From the NCBI GenBank assembly GCA_035084275.1, contig CM068756.1, forward strand, positions 9,610,001 to 9,674,000: DNA of 64,000 nt, written 5' to 3'. The translations under genes and the position numbers were made by a program. Under the pieces are notes generated by a model. It made no database searches, was not told the DNA's origin, and worked only from the letters and a program-made list of their open reading frames with translations. Source of the stretch: Hydrolagus colliei. Its lineage: Eukaryota. Shown piece by piece: positions 51,475 through 64,000 of the stretch (its first letter is position 1; each line of letters starts with the position of its first letter).

Positions 51475-52057
51475 ACGCTCCATAAAGCAAGCAAGGACAT
51501 TTCTGATCGCCTCTCAACTTCAGAAGTGAGTCTCTTCGGGATGAGATTATTAATCAAACCCTTAAACTTCTATACTGAGCTCGTGGGAATTGGGGAACTA
51601 AAGTAGATGAGCATTTTAGGTAGAAAATAAAAAGTGGATTGATATTCAAGAGAAGTACAAATTTATACTGTATGAATCATGGGAGCACTTGGTCCTAGGG
51701 AACACTGTATCATACTTTCAATAATGAATGGCCATGGGATCACTTTTCTAACTTCTTCACCTTGATTTATTGGTGTGGATGGATGGAAATTTTAAATAGA
51801 TTTAGTCAAATCCTCCCAACCTTCTGAACGGCTATGCAATAAAGTTGTCAATAGATGAGGAGAGAGGTTGATCAAAAGGAGATCTCAAGTTTACAACACT
51901 ACCAAGCAGCTTAATCATCTTAGTGCAGCATTGACCAAACACATTTCTGGATTGATAATTTGCTTTGAAACAAATACCTGTTCTCTGATTTAATAATATT
52001 GATTTACCTGATCGTCCCACAGGCTCCTCTTTAAAGTGCATTACTTTTCTGATCAAT

Positions 52058-52072
52058 CCCCTAGATGGCGCC
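52058..52072 (+). promoter_or_regulatory. CTCF core motif match
   Basis: CCCCTAGATGGCGCC vs consensus CCASYAGRKGGCRC (one mismatch), in non-repeat sequence. Confidence 0.5.
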
Positions 52073-52484
52073 TGATACTAGCCTCTAATACAATTTTTGA
52101 AAAGTTATATTAAATGAACGGCATATCAAATTTGCATCGAAACAAGGACACTCATTGTCTAGGACACCTGTAGGGCCTTGGTAATAAGATTTAGGATAGA
52201 TGAGATAATAGAGGCTACCAAACTGGAAGCAATAATCTATGACCTGAAGCAAGTTTGTACGGCTTACCTGAGACAAGTGCTTCATAAATATCTTCGATGC
52301 CCCTCATGATCATTGTGGCTATCCACTCTATACCAGGATGTTGTCCTCCCCAATGGTTGTGTCTCCACTTTGTTAATTTGCAATAGGACACACGCACACA
52401 GAGCTTCTGTTCTCTCTTGCTTTGTCTACTGATGTTAAAACAAAGTAGTCTTAAGCTATTGGGATTCACCCAGTTATTGGTTGA

Positions 52485-52615
52485 TTTGGATAAAGAAAGC
52501 CATTTGGTCTCATCCTTCCTGACCACCCATCCCTCCATCTTTCCATTACAGCACCAAGCTGTTTCTTAAAGGATCCAGAGTCCTGGCTGCAATTGCCCTC
52601 TATGGCAACCACTAT
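52485..52615 (-). mobile_element. Degenerate CR1-type 3' end
   Basis: Minus ORF contains GSFKKQLGAV (cf. FKKQLD); complement resembles 60340-60500. Confidence 0.45.
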
Positions 52616-53064
52616 GATCAATAATTCCCCGAAAGAAGTAATTATCTTTGAAACAAATATGACGTAGGATTTCACAAACACAAGATAACTGTGGACACTC
52701 TAGCCTCAGAATTAAATTCTGTCCAATCATCTCAAAATCTCTAATAAGGTTAACATGAAAAGCTCATTTATGTCATTTTGAATTCCACTATATGATATAG
52801 TTATGAGGCTCACCATGAAATAGCCTGCATCCATTCCCTTTGGAAATACAAATAACAAAGAAGAATAAATATTCTGGAATTAATCAATATAATTCTCCAC
52901 CTTCAGAGGGGTTTAGTTGCTACCTGAGTTGGAGTTTTATACAACTAAAGGTTTGAAACATCTCAGGAGACGTAAGTGGTATACACATTTCAGGCTGTCT
53001 CTGCTGGAAGATTTCTTCAAAGGAAATGCTACAGAGCAGGACATTAAATGCCCAAAATAACTGC

Positions 53065-53230
53065 AACTGGTTGCTAGTTCAGGATGGTTGAAGCCAAAAC
53101 ACTGGATTCGTTTAAAAAAAACACTTTGATTCTGTGATGGGAGGGTGATTATTATATCATTACTGTATTCTGGAAGGATGAGATTAGATAGGCCAAACAA
53201 CCTCTCAACCAATCTTGTGATCTTGTGAAA
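53065..53230 (+). mobile_element. CR1-type 3' end with (ATCTTGTG)n tail
   Basis: ggttgaagccaaaacactggattcgtttaaaaaa (VEAKTLDSFKK)...gatgagattagataggccaaa...atcttgtgatcttgtga. Confidence 0.55.
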
Positions 53231-55992
53231 TGGGACTGAATGTGGCAGCACTTTAAAAATGTCAAAAGGGCGGTCAAAGAGGTATGTTATGAGATATACC
53301 TGGGAAGAGGGGACGAATTCAGAGAGACTCCAGGATGGAGTTCCAGAATGGGTACAGAATGCCAAAAATCCAGCAAAGGATAGTAGGTGCATGGGGCACA
53401 TCGAAGAGACAAAGAAAAACTAAGAGATACGTTTTGGAAAATTGACTTGTTATATTTCACAGTTCCGAGTTTCTCAGTTTAAGATTTTGTTTGTCAAAAG
53501 GCCAATGATGATCTGTGGGGGCATTTAAAGAGAGAATCTGTGATTTCAGAGGTTGAAGTGTTTAAAAGAATCTCACCATAGTTTGAAAGCAAACTTAGGT
53601 CGGTTCAAAGTGACTTAATTGAACAATATCTTTGAAAAAGTGTGACTGGGTTTCGAGCCACGAGGCTTTACAGATAATAATACTTTCATAATTTAATTCT
53701 CTCAAGCTTAAGACTAGAAATACAACATTGCACGGTTTATGCTTCCTGTAGAAACTTTGGAGCACAGTTAGACAAAAGTGAGAAGCTGGGCAGAATGAAA
53801 AACAGAAAATTAAAGCAAAGAGGAACCAACTTCCCAACCTGCACACCGAAGCTGTTGTTTGAATAGGACTTTTATCTGCCCGCTACAAAGAATAAAGTAA
53901 ACAGAGTAAATATTAGCAATCTTAGAGTCAGTGTCCACGGCTCCCTGCAGATGAAAGTGAATGAAGTACACTGCTTACCCGTTGGTCTTAATTATCACTA
54001 CTGTTGGGAACAAATATTCTCCGTTCTCTAACTGGACAGTGAATTCCAGTATTTTGCAACTCAGGGACAAAGGAGTCTGAAGTCTGCTTTGCTGGGAGAC
54101 TTATACCTGCACCGTTCTCTCTCTATTTCCCTGCCATATTCAATCTCAGGTCTGCAGAAATAGTTTTAACTGTACGAATAAAAAATGAAAGTACTCGGGA
54201 TTATGCTAAATATCATGTGAAACAAATGCTCCAACTAGTGAAGATCCTATGTCTTAATATTGTAATGATTCATGCAGCTGCAATGGCTTGTCTTGGCTGA
54301 CAGACAAGCAGCATTTTTCCTGGATTTCACTGGGTCCCAGAGAGGATGAATGTGTAATAACGTTTCTAATTTCCTTACTGCATTCCAAGATAATCTCTGC
54401 TTTACTGTATCAATTGTCGTAAAAGCCAAGCCACATGTTCGAGATTGAGAGGGAATCAGCCTCAGCTGATTCTAAATCTAAAATCTCATCCTTACTATCT
54501 GGCTCTTTCACAAAAAAAACTAATCGCTCCAAAAAGAAAAAGACCAGTATTAGTTACTGTGACTGCTCTAAACTGCTCGTGGACACAACACTGAAGGATG
54601 TGGCAGTCGCAGGGAGAGCAATGCTGCTAACAAAGAGCTGGAGACATCTTCTTCAGGCTCTGGACAGAAAATTCCTGTTACCGCGGTGGTTGAAGGTGGT
54701 TAATATCCGACCTATTTTGGCATGTTTTCTGTGGGATTGTCCATTTTAATGATGAATGATATACGGTACATGTTTACTCGCCTCAGCTTTAAACATTTCA
54801 TTCTGCTCAAAAATGAAACGACCTCAAGACCCCAGAGCCAAGGAAAGGTTCATTGCAGCTGTGCAGTTAAAAGTGACTGGTCCTTTGAGCTTTCCGTGCT
54901 GTGTGTAAAATTGGTGAACTTTCTTCTGGATGTTAAATTGAAAATAGGTTTTGCTTTTCATTCTAAAAGCCATGTGCCTCTTATTATTAACTTTGAACCG
55001 ATAGCAACTCACTATTTGATTGTGATCAACAATTATAAAGCATACAGCAACATTGTTTGTGGATTCAGAGCTTTTCTAGCACATGAACCGAACTTTGTTT
55101 CATGAGCTGGATATGAGGACTGAGAATTGGGTTTTGAGGTAATGTTATTCACACTATGCCATTTAATACTGCAGTGATGTGATACGGCTGATGTATCAAA
55201 TGCGATGATTATTAATATTATTTACCTAGAAATGGGTTAATCTTACAAATCTACAATACCTGGCTCATACCATAGAGGGAAGGAGGGGGAGAACTTTGAA
55301 ATTCAAGGATTTCTACGACGAAGGCAGCAGAACCCACTACATTGGAATTGAAAGAATTCTGCAACAAAGGGTAATGAATGGAGATATTCAGAGGAAATAA
55401 ATTATGGGATTAAAAATCAGATTAAAAAAAACCTAAAATATCTAAAGGTGCAGTCAGTCTATGTCTAAAGCTGCATTTATTTATAAATCGGATGAGTAAA
55501 TTGGGATGGTGAGTAACTTAGAAACTAAGGAGAGCTAAAAGTGCAGGGAATGCGGGAGGATCTAATTGGGGTGGAGGTCGGGGAGTTTGCAAATACAAGC
55601 AGGTGGAAGGAATCTCAATCAGATTGTAACTGAATTAAAAGCAGAAGTGGGTGGATGGGGAAAGATTCATGAATTCCAGAGGCTCTGTCAGGCCTCAATA
55701 TAATGAATACATCTTCAGAGAGCTTTATTGTGGTGGAAATCAGATAAAACACAAACGGGGTGCAAAATTCCTGCATTGGCGAAGGTGAGGTAGGTAAAGA
55801 CAGTGGGAAGTGTCCTTCATCGAGTTTAACCTGTCAGCACCCTCTTTACTGCAGGTTTTCTGATGGTCTTGGACAAAGCACTGTAGCATATGTGCAGGGC
55901 TCTGTTTGTTGTGCTCCAATGTGCGGACATTTCTATTGGTAAAAGCCAAAAGGGTAGCTGTTGTATGTTCTTGGTGTACACATCCATTCTTA

Positions 55993-56200
55993 TTAATAAT
56001 AATGCTGACATTTGATAAAGCACCCTCCGCAACAGGAAAGAGGCATCTCAAAGTGCTTCACGGGATTAGCTATAAAGTGTAATACTGTATGTAGCAGGCA
56101 AATGTGGCAGCCAATTTGAGCGTAGCAATATCCCCCCCCCAAACAACCATGAAGTGAATGATCATTTTTATCTGGGCCAGGACACTGGGAAAAACTCCTT
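55993..56200 (-). mobile_element. DeuSINE 3' half
   Basis: taataataatgctgacatttgata...catctcaaagtgcttcac...ggcagccaatttgagc...ggccaggacactggga. Confidence 0.75.
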
Positions 56201-56871
56201 TCAACTGTTCTCTGAGGTTCGATCAGCTCTTTTCAATAATTACACTGTTACCATCAGTTTAAGGCTGGAAATTAAACTGTGCACAAAGAGCTCTGGTTTC
56301 CCTCATTGAAGAGCAATGTAACTGGGCAGTATGATAGATAGCTGTTGCCCAAATTGCATTCTTCTGCTAAGTGCACCCAGAACACCACTGCATGGTGCAG
56401 TATAAATGTTTCAAGACTTAAAAATACAAACAAATCATTTGTTTTTCAAAGAAACAACTTTCGGTGCATATTTCTGGCAATGCGAATTCAATGTGCGAAG
56501 AATGTGGTGGAATTACATAACATTTGGATGTACTTTTGAACAGATGTAATGTTGTCATACTCAGCTCTTCCCAATGCAAACCATAAAACTATCAGTGTCA
56601 AGGTTCAAAAACAGGCTTTAATGAAGTGTAAATGCTAATCCTGACTCCATTTATATCATGCTGTCCTTTATCATACCATGTAATGTTACATTAAGTTAAA
56701 TGCATTACAAAGAGCTTTGAATGCAATGAGAAACAGAGCTCAAAGTGACTTAAATCTGTAGGTAGGTTACAACATTATTCATGAACTGACGAAACAGCGT
56801 ATTCCACTGTTCAGGAAAGCAAGGGTTTGTTCTGTTCATGAAATTTGCACACAGCTACAAACAAGTGTAAT

Positions 56872-57135
56872 TATTATAATAGTTCTTATATTTGATATAG
56901 AGCATTTCACCTCAGGAAGATGTCTCAAAGTGCTTTACAGGATATACTGTATGTGTAGTGAATATATTTTTTGTAACACCGTAGCCAATTTGCACACAGC
57001 TTGCTCTTCAGAGAGACAACACTTCCAACAATGCAGCAAGCCCCTAGTACTGCAATAGAGTGTCGGCCAAGATTATGTGAGTTCACAGTCCTGACGTGGG
57101 GCTTGAATTTACAACCTTCTGACTCAGAGGCGAGA
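56872..57135 (-). mobile_element. DeuSINE with central deletion (tail joined to head)
   Basis: atttgatatagagc...agccaatttgcacacagc, then gtggggcttgaatttacaaccttctgactcagaggcgaga. Confidence 0.75.
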
Positions 57136-60100
57136 TTAATTATAAAGTACCAGTCAAGCATCCTCTGCTTATTTATAGGACCAAAGAGAAGCTGCTAGGA
57201 TAATGTAAAGGTAATCTTCGTATGGGATTCCTGCATAACACCGGTGACATTATGGTAAGATCATCACAGCATTCTTATCAGACAGTCGTATGAAGAAACA
57301 CAACTGGTAGCATCTCAGATGTTTTCTTTCATGATTGTAATATTTGGTTTTCATAAATGGTGATTATGAGTTCTGCAGTGTTCTGTCTGCACAGATTGAG
57401 CTACATTGGGCAATAATTATGCACATGTAATGTCATACTGTTCGAAATATTGTTTCTGCTTTTTCCAAATTATAATTTACTACAAAAGTAAGTTTAGTCA
57501 TGAAATGGAAACATGTTTTCAATAATTGGCTAAGCAATATTTAAGCACTTGAACACTATGATTTACCATGCTGTAATAGTTTTGTCATAAAATTTAAAGT
57601 GCAAACTATAAGAAACCCCAAAACCCTGAGGAGAAGAAAGCTAAACTCATCATAAAGATAGTGATACAGAGCTAGCATTTTGATCCATTATATAAGCCTA
57701 CTAAACCCCGCAAGCTCATATAGCACAATTGGAAAAAGATGGTTTGAATGGCTTTTTTGCGTCCTCTTACTTGCAGTTTGGTTGTAAACAACAGTCATTT
57801 GGCAATTGGCGATGTGGTCAACTTAGACTTCGATGCCCCAGGAGGGAACTTATTTAGTTCAAAAAGAACAATGTATCTCTATTTGGCATTGTACTAGGGT
57901 ATTGATCAAGGAATAACATGAAGGTAATTGTTAGGGAAACTGTGTCTTCTTCAAGTGTGACCTCCTGTGTATTTTTGTTTTTCAACACCCTATGAAATGG
58001 CTAAAAGTTACTGCAGACTTTGGGAATGAGAAATCCCCCAATCTACTATGTGTGATAACATTGATGACCCCTTGCATTGTCACAAGCTCACCCCTGTATT
58101 TAACTGTAAGCTATAATATGGTGTGTTCCACAATTGTAGAGCTTGGATACTGTCTATATTTACAGGGTTAATTGGCAGATGCAGTTAGAATTAGACTCCA
58201 GGAGGATCACAGCCACCAGAGACCCAAATGTTGGCAGACACTGATGTATGTTACAAGACAGATGCAGCTTGAATCCACCAGGTTGGGCTTTCTTTATTGA
58301 TTGATATTTAATCCTGTTACAATAGTGTTCATGTTAATAAAAAAAATGGTATTATTTAAATGTTAAGTGGGATGTCTGCTTCTCATTTATTCTTCTTGAA
58401 TGACAGCTCACACCACCTGTAGCTCTCTCCAATTTAACATCCATGTGGGAAAGCAATGATTCTCATCTGAAAGAGATATGCTCCAACAATAATTATTTTT
58501 TGGGGGAGGTGGTGGTGGGCATTGTTTCAAGTTGAAAGAAATGCTGGGATATGGAGAATTAGATCTTCTGGAATCAAACAAGGGCCAAGAGAATGAACCG
58601 AGACGTCAAAATAGATTGAAATACATTACCAGTTTAACCAAAATTTACACCCAGTTTACATTGATGCAGCACCTTTCAAGAATCAAGGTGATTCTCAGAT
58701 CTTACCGAGATACTGCTATAGTCAAACTGCCACCACAGTATAAGCCACATTTAACACACATTTCAACAATGCTTGATAAGAAATAGTGGAGGCTGTAAAA
58801 AAAAACTCCTTCAATTTCACCAAGAATAGAACAGTTTAATCAGATTTACTAGTGTAACATTCCATAAAATGTAAAATTAGTAATGCGAAAGCTTACCACT
58901 GCACCATTAAAATTGAATAAACAAACACTAAGAACTTTGAAATGTAGCAAAATTTTAAGAGAAAGTAAAAATAGCAAAGAATTCAATAAAAATATGAAGC
59001 TGTTTATACAGAACAAAGATGCACTTAATTCTATGATGCATTTACTGGCTATTGTGTTTCCAAAGTAAACAAATCCATAATACTTCTAAAAATCTAAGTT
59101 ACAGAGTAGTAGATTTTATACTACACGATTAAACGAATCATCTTTGTGGCTGGATATTGTGCACTTGGCATTATTGTTGATCTTCACTTATCAACCGGTC
59201 AGAAATTGTTCCTTGTGCAATAATTCTAACATATGCTATTGTAAACTACCCAATTTTTATTGTCAAAAAACAACCCAAGAACATTTAACTGTCTGAGTTA
59301 TAGATAGATAAGGAGCAGGTAAGAATGGATAAGTAGCAGATTTCCCATTAATTCTCCACCCCATCCATCCCAAATATTTTTCAGTTATGTTCCTCTGAAA
59401 ATCCAGTTTGGAGCTACGGTTACTTCAGGGAAGTTGTGGTTCAGCACAGTGGTTGTTACTATAGAGAGGCACCATTCTGAGTCGTTGGAATCTGGAAGGA
59501 CTAGAGAGGAGAGAGCCTAAAGCTTGCATGGGGGGTTTAGAAAATGCAAACATAAAAACAGAGCTTTCAATGCGAAATGCAATTACCTGAACATGACTGA
59601 AGATCAATTAATTAAAAAGCTTTCTCCGACACTTTAAATCAGTGGTTGGAAAAGTACTGGTTGAGTCCTCACCAGTAAAATATAAGGATTATTATTAATA
59701 ACATAAACATCCCTGTTTTCTGTCCCAACTTTGTCCCAGAGATGCAACCCGTCAAGGCCATGCCTGCATCAGCCAATCTGAATTGAGTGCCAATTTGTTT
59801 ACAATTGTGACAAGTTTTGAGCTGCAAATACATTCCCACTAGAATCTGGGATGGCAGCAGTGCCTGAGATTATTTTAGACACGATCCTTATAGTCGGCAG
59901 AGAGGACGAGAGCTTTGTCCCGCGAGACCAACTAAGTTTGAACCCAAGTCCCTTACATGGAAGGACAGTATTGCACCCCAACTTCCAACTTTTTCTGATT
60001 TAGATAAAAACAAAAAATGAAAAATTTATTGTGTAGAAATTATTGATGCATTTTTCTCACTGTTGCAGCAGAGGACTGTCAAGAATAAACTGTAATACAT

Positions 60101-60339
60101 TATTTATTGTTTATTATTCTCTTTGTACTGTGGCAATTTTATATGCTTAGTCTGCAAACCTTTACATAAAACATTAAATAAATAGACTGGAACATGACAA
60201 TCAGCGATGTACACTTCATAAAACATGGAAGTGTAACTAACTCTTTTTCTATTCCATCTTTTTTCATTAAAAGTCCAGCGAAAGTCATCTGACCTATGAT
60301 TAAGGACAAAATATATTCCGCTAAATTCTTTTATCATCT

Positions 60340-60505
60340 CTCTGAATGGGTTACCAGGAAGGTGGTTGAGTACAGGACGCTAAACTCATTTTAAAAACAG
60401 CTGGATGCTGTTTTCGAGAGAAAGAGAAGTGTGGCTTTTCTGAAAAGATGAGTTCAAATGGGATAAAGGGAACTTCTTTATCCAAATCCATCTCATGATC
60501 TTGTT
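60340..60505 (+). mobile_element. CR1-type 3' end
   Basis: gaatgggttaccaggaaggtggttgag...tcattttaaaaacagctggatgctg...catgatcttgt. Confidence 0.5.
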
Positions 60506-61096
60506 ACTAATATTTGGTGCCACCATTCAAATCCCCTAATAAGGTGGGCCAATGATCCATGGATATTCAGCATACTTATCAAGGAGAATGCGGTGAACCC
60601 AAGCTATTCCAAACTATCCTCAAACCAGCAAAACCAACGCAAACTGCAGTATGTGTAATGCTATTTTCCCTCAATCGCATTTGTAAATGCGGGGTACACA
60701 TTAAATGGAAAATGCCTGTACGCCTCTTGCAGTCTTAAATTGTATTTATGGAGTTCTGACTGTGGATAGCCTGAGATGTACATGTAGATTTCTTTTCCCC
60801 CATTCTGAAATCATACAACTTACAGCAAAGAGTCCGCTCAATCCATCAAGCCTATGTTGATGCTGCCCCAAGGATGCTATATAAATGCAAGTTGTTGTTA
60901 ATTTTCTTCAAATAATTTGCAATTCCTCTCCAGTACTGTCACAAACAGGAACTCTGGCTCCCGGGTTACACAACACAAAACTTTCCACAGAATACAGTGG
61001 TATAATACTAGACCCAGTGTATACTATAAAATATTAAAACGTAGCCAAGGATACCAGAGATGCTGTCTTTCCACTATAAATAGTCGTTATGGATAA

Positions 61097-61160
61097 AAAA
61101 CAACAACAACAAAATTATAGAGCACCTTCCACGTTGGGAGGATATCCCAAGGCGCTGAAA
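61097..61160 (-). mobile_element. Minimal L2 tail insertion
   Basis: caacaacaacaaaattatagagcaccttccacgttgggaggatatcccaaggcgctg. Confidence 0.75.
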
Positions 61161-61632
61161 AGGGAATACATGATGCATTTGTGCAATGTTAGATTTCGAA
61201 GAACAAATATATTTCCCTCCATTGGCATAGTGAGCTGTTTCTATATGTATTCTGAATAGGTTTCAGTGCTGCACATAAAGGATGGGTTAAATTTTAGTCG
61301 ACATTGCCATCTCCATTCCTTAATAATTGGCTATATTATGTATCAGATAGTTACTGGCACTTCACGTCCTATATTTGGAACCCAGTATATGTCCTATTCA
61401 GTTTAATAGATGAGGTACAATTAAACAATAATTAACAGCAAGCACATTGAGTCTTTGAAAGGTAACTACAAATGTGACAGAAAATGTATGCCAAGGTGGT
61501 ATATATGAATCAAGCATTGGATTGGATTCTGTGTAACAGTTGAGAAAGTCACAGTTAGAAATCACAAAAGTTAAGATCCCAGACATTATTTGAAAGGAAA
61601 GAGAGGTCCTACTAGATAAATTTCATCATTTT

Positions 61633-61768
61633 TTGTGGATTCCACTGTGCAGAAATTGGCTGCCGTGTTTTCCAATCAATACACAGTCACAAGAATTGAC
61701 AACAATTCTCTATGCACTTTGAGACTTTTGACTTTGTAGGACCTACATCAAATATAAGGATTATAATG
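61633..61768 (+). mobile_element. DeuSINE 3' fragment
   Basis: ctgtgcagaaattggctgccgtgttt...gcactttgagac...catcaaatataaggattat. Confidence 0.65.
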
Positions 61769-62737
61769 ATGTGTGAGAAACTTGGTTCCACTTTAGGGAT
61801 TTTAGCTGTGGATTAACACTATTTCAGACTTGAAGCTGTGACATTGAATGCAGTCATATACAGTATTATGATAGGCACCAAAAATTAAGTTTTAACAACC
61901 ACTGTAATTATATATAACTTTCTTTATTAATGTCTCAATGAATACTATTCCGCACATACTTTTATGTAATATACCTTGACAACAAACTAATGTAATAAAT
62001 ATGGTGCGTAGTTTTCCTTTTTGAACTTTTACTCCTCCCCAAACTTAATTCACCTAAACATTCTTTTTCAAAACAGGATCTTGTGAAAATATCAGCATGA
62101 TTAGGAATACAACAGGAATGCACACAAGCAGAAAATGCTGAAATGCTTTTATAATCCAGCTATTACTGCCAGACCATCAGATACCTAGATTTCTGACACT
62201 TAGATGAGATCCTATCTTGTCAGCAAATGACAAACTTCTATCACTTCCTGCGGGCTTTAAAATCTCATTAGTCTATGAAATATAACTAGCCAGAACAAAG
62301 GTGGTAGCTGTACTCAGCTTAAAAGCCTGGGGCAGAATTCTAGTATCATTATCTGAGTCTGTGCTCATGCAGATGAAAATTGTGATCATGTGCACCATGG
62401 CACTAAAATAGTATCCAATTCAAAATGCAATATGAGAAAGTGCCCAGAATTATTTGCGATGAACTTTTGCCGTACTTGCCTGTTTTGGTGCACTGTGCTT
62501 GAAAAGACTGTGCACCAGACAAAGGATAGGTCTGAAGCCATACCACTGAAAGACTCAAGCCACATTATGTTTGTCAGCAAAATACACTTGAACCTTGAAG
62601 AGACCTCAAGTAGCTAAAATGGATTGACTCCTACATTTCCAGCATGCGCACCATCACCACAGCACAACAGCTAAAATTTTAAGGGTATTCGCATAGCATA
62701 AAATAGTGCCTTTGAGTAAAAAAAATCTAACATCAGG

Positions 62738-62966
62738 TCTAAGTTAGAAGGTTGTGGGTTCAAGCCTACCCTTTGGCACTTTGAGCTCACAGTCGAGGCT
62801 GGCACTCCAGTGCAGTACTAGGGGAGCACTGCATTGCTCGAGGTGCCATCCTTCGGATGTGGCTTTAAACTGAGTGCCCGACTGTGAACGGAAGTGAATG
62901 TTAAAGATCCTCTGGCATTATTCAAAAAGAAAAGGGAATCTCTTCTGATGCCTTGACCAACAATTC
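62738..62966 (+). mobile_element. Old DeuSINE 5' half
   Basis: agaaggttgtgggttcaagcc...ggctggcactccagtgcagtactaggggagcactgcattgctcgaggtgccatccttcggatg...aaagatcc. Confidence 0.8.
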
Positions 62967-62971
62967 TCTCA

Positions 62972-63205
62972 AATAATGCATTTGATACATTACTTTTCAG
63001 AGGGACGACTCCAAGAGCATCACGGGATTTATCATAAAGCGTAGTGGCTGTGCATTTTGTAGGCGAACACGGTAGGCAATTTGCACACAGCAATTTCTCA
63101 CAAATAGGCATGAAGTGAATTATCAATTGTTGGCCAGGACACTAGAAAAAAATCCCTTCTCTTTTTGAACAGTGTCAATTGGATCCCTAATGTCCATCTA
63201 AACAC
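62972..63205 (-). mobile_element. DeuSINE 3' two-thirds, inverted relative to its neighbour
   Basis: taatgcatttgata...aatttgcacacagcaa...ttggccaggacac...ggatcc. Confidence 0.7.
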
Positions 63206-63267
63206 TTAAAATATTGCTGAATCAAATATTATTTCTGGTGCATTTTCTTCTAAGTTTTACATTATTC

Positions 63268-63582
63268 TAATAATAAAAATAATAATCCTGCATTTGATAT
63301 AGTGCTTTGCACATCTTCTAGATGTCTCAATGCACTTCACAGAATATACTGTAAAGTGAATTGACTGTAATATTTGTGGGCGAAACTAGGCAGCCAATTG
63401 GACGCAGCAGTGTCCCACAAACAATCGTGGATTGAGTGACCAAATGATTATAGGTTTTTTTTAGGGATGATTATTAGGAGTGTGGAGTAAGGAAACTTTC
63501 TCAAGGTTTTGCCCTGCCGTAAATCAAACCCACTTCTTTAACTTGCGAGCCAAGTGCTCTAACTACAGAGCTACAGGACTCC
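63268..63582 (-). mobile_element. Full-length young tRNA-derived SINE
   Basis: Colinear with 11134-11457 and 51161-51474, from the (att)n tail to the ggagtcctgtagctc head. Confidence 0.9.
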
Positions 63583-63916
63583 ATTATGTACAATGTGTTT
63601 CCAAGTTCTGACATCAATGCAAATTGCACCTACATTGTTGTTTCCAAAGTAAGTTTAAGATTTTTATCATTTAACAAGAAGGCCAGTTGCCAGACATTTA
63701 AGTGTGTTTTTAATCTAGTTTTAAAATGAAAATAACATTTAAATACCGTCATCCTCCCGCACACAAGTACAGGGAAGCAATCAATCCTAAATTCAAATGC
63801 TTCCTTTTCATAAAGAATAGCAAACATATAATTTATATCTAGACAAAGTTGAAATAGTAAAGATCAACTGATAACTGAAGAAATATTGAACAACTGTTTT
63901 TTTCGAAGGAGGGGTC

Positions 63917-64000
63917 AATAATAATAATCCTTGCATTTGATATGGTGCCTTATCATATGGTTGAGATGTCTCAAAGTGCTTCACAGAATATACTATGAAC
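63917..64000 (-). mobile_element. Young SINE tail, cut by the window edge
   Basis: aataataataatccttgcatttgatatggtgccttatcat...gtctcaaagtgcttcacagaatatact. Confidence 0.85.

Overview
AT-rich vertebrate genomic DNA with no recognisable intact host gene. The repeat content (DeuSINE/SacSINE1-like SINEs, a younger tRNA-headed SINE with (ATT)n tail, L2 and CR1 LINE 3' ends) points to a cartilaginous fish, probably a holocephalan such as the elephant shark (inference). The only convincing protein similarity is in 5'-truncated retroelements: L2 ORF2 at 13107-13995 (-) and 18512-18795 (+), and CR1 ORF2 at 48452-49017 (+). Between the repeats lie several repeat-poor, homeodomain-motif-rich blocks (about 14.5-15.0, 19.5-21.6, 23.0-23.3, 27.7-28.1, 32.4-33.1, 43.3-44.1, 51.8-52.1 and 53.6-55.1 kb). 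They look like conserved non-coding enhancers of a developmental gene desert or large intron, but conservation could not be tested here. The most unusual structures are two back-to-back perfect 23/22-bp hairpins (6056-6155), a candidate non-autonomous Helitron with a duplicated 5' end (2585-2900), a SINE copy with an extra ~60-bp internal segment (29967-30306), and an N-run split by a 3-bp island (20565-20937). I found no evidence for a new multi-gene system. Repeat boundaries are by-eye estimates and family names are from memory, not database searches.
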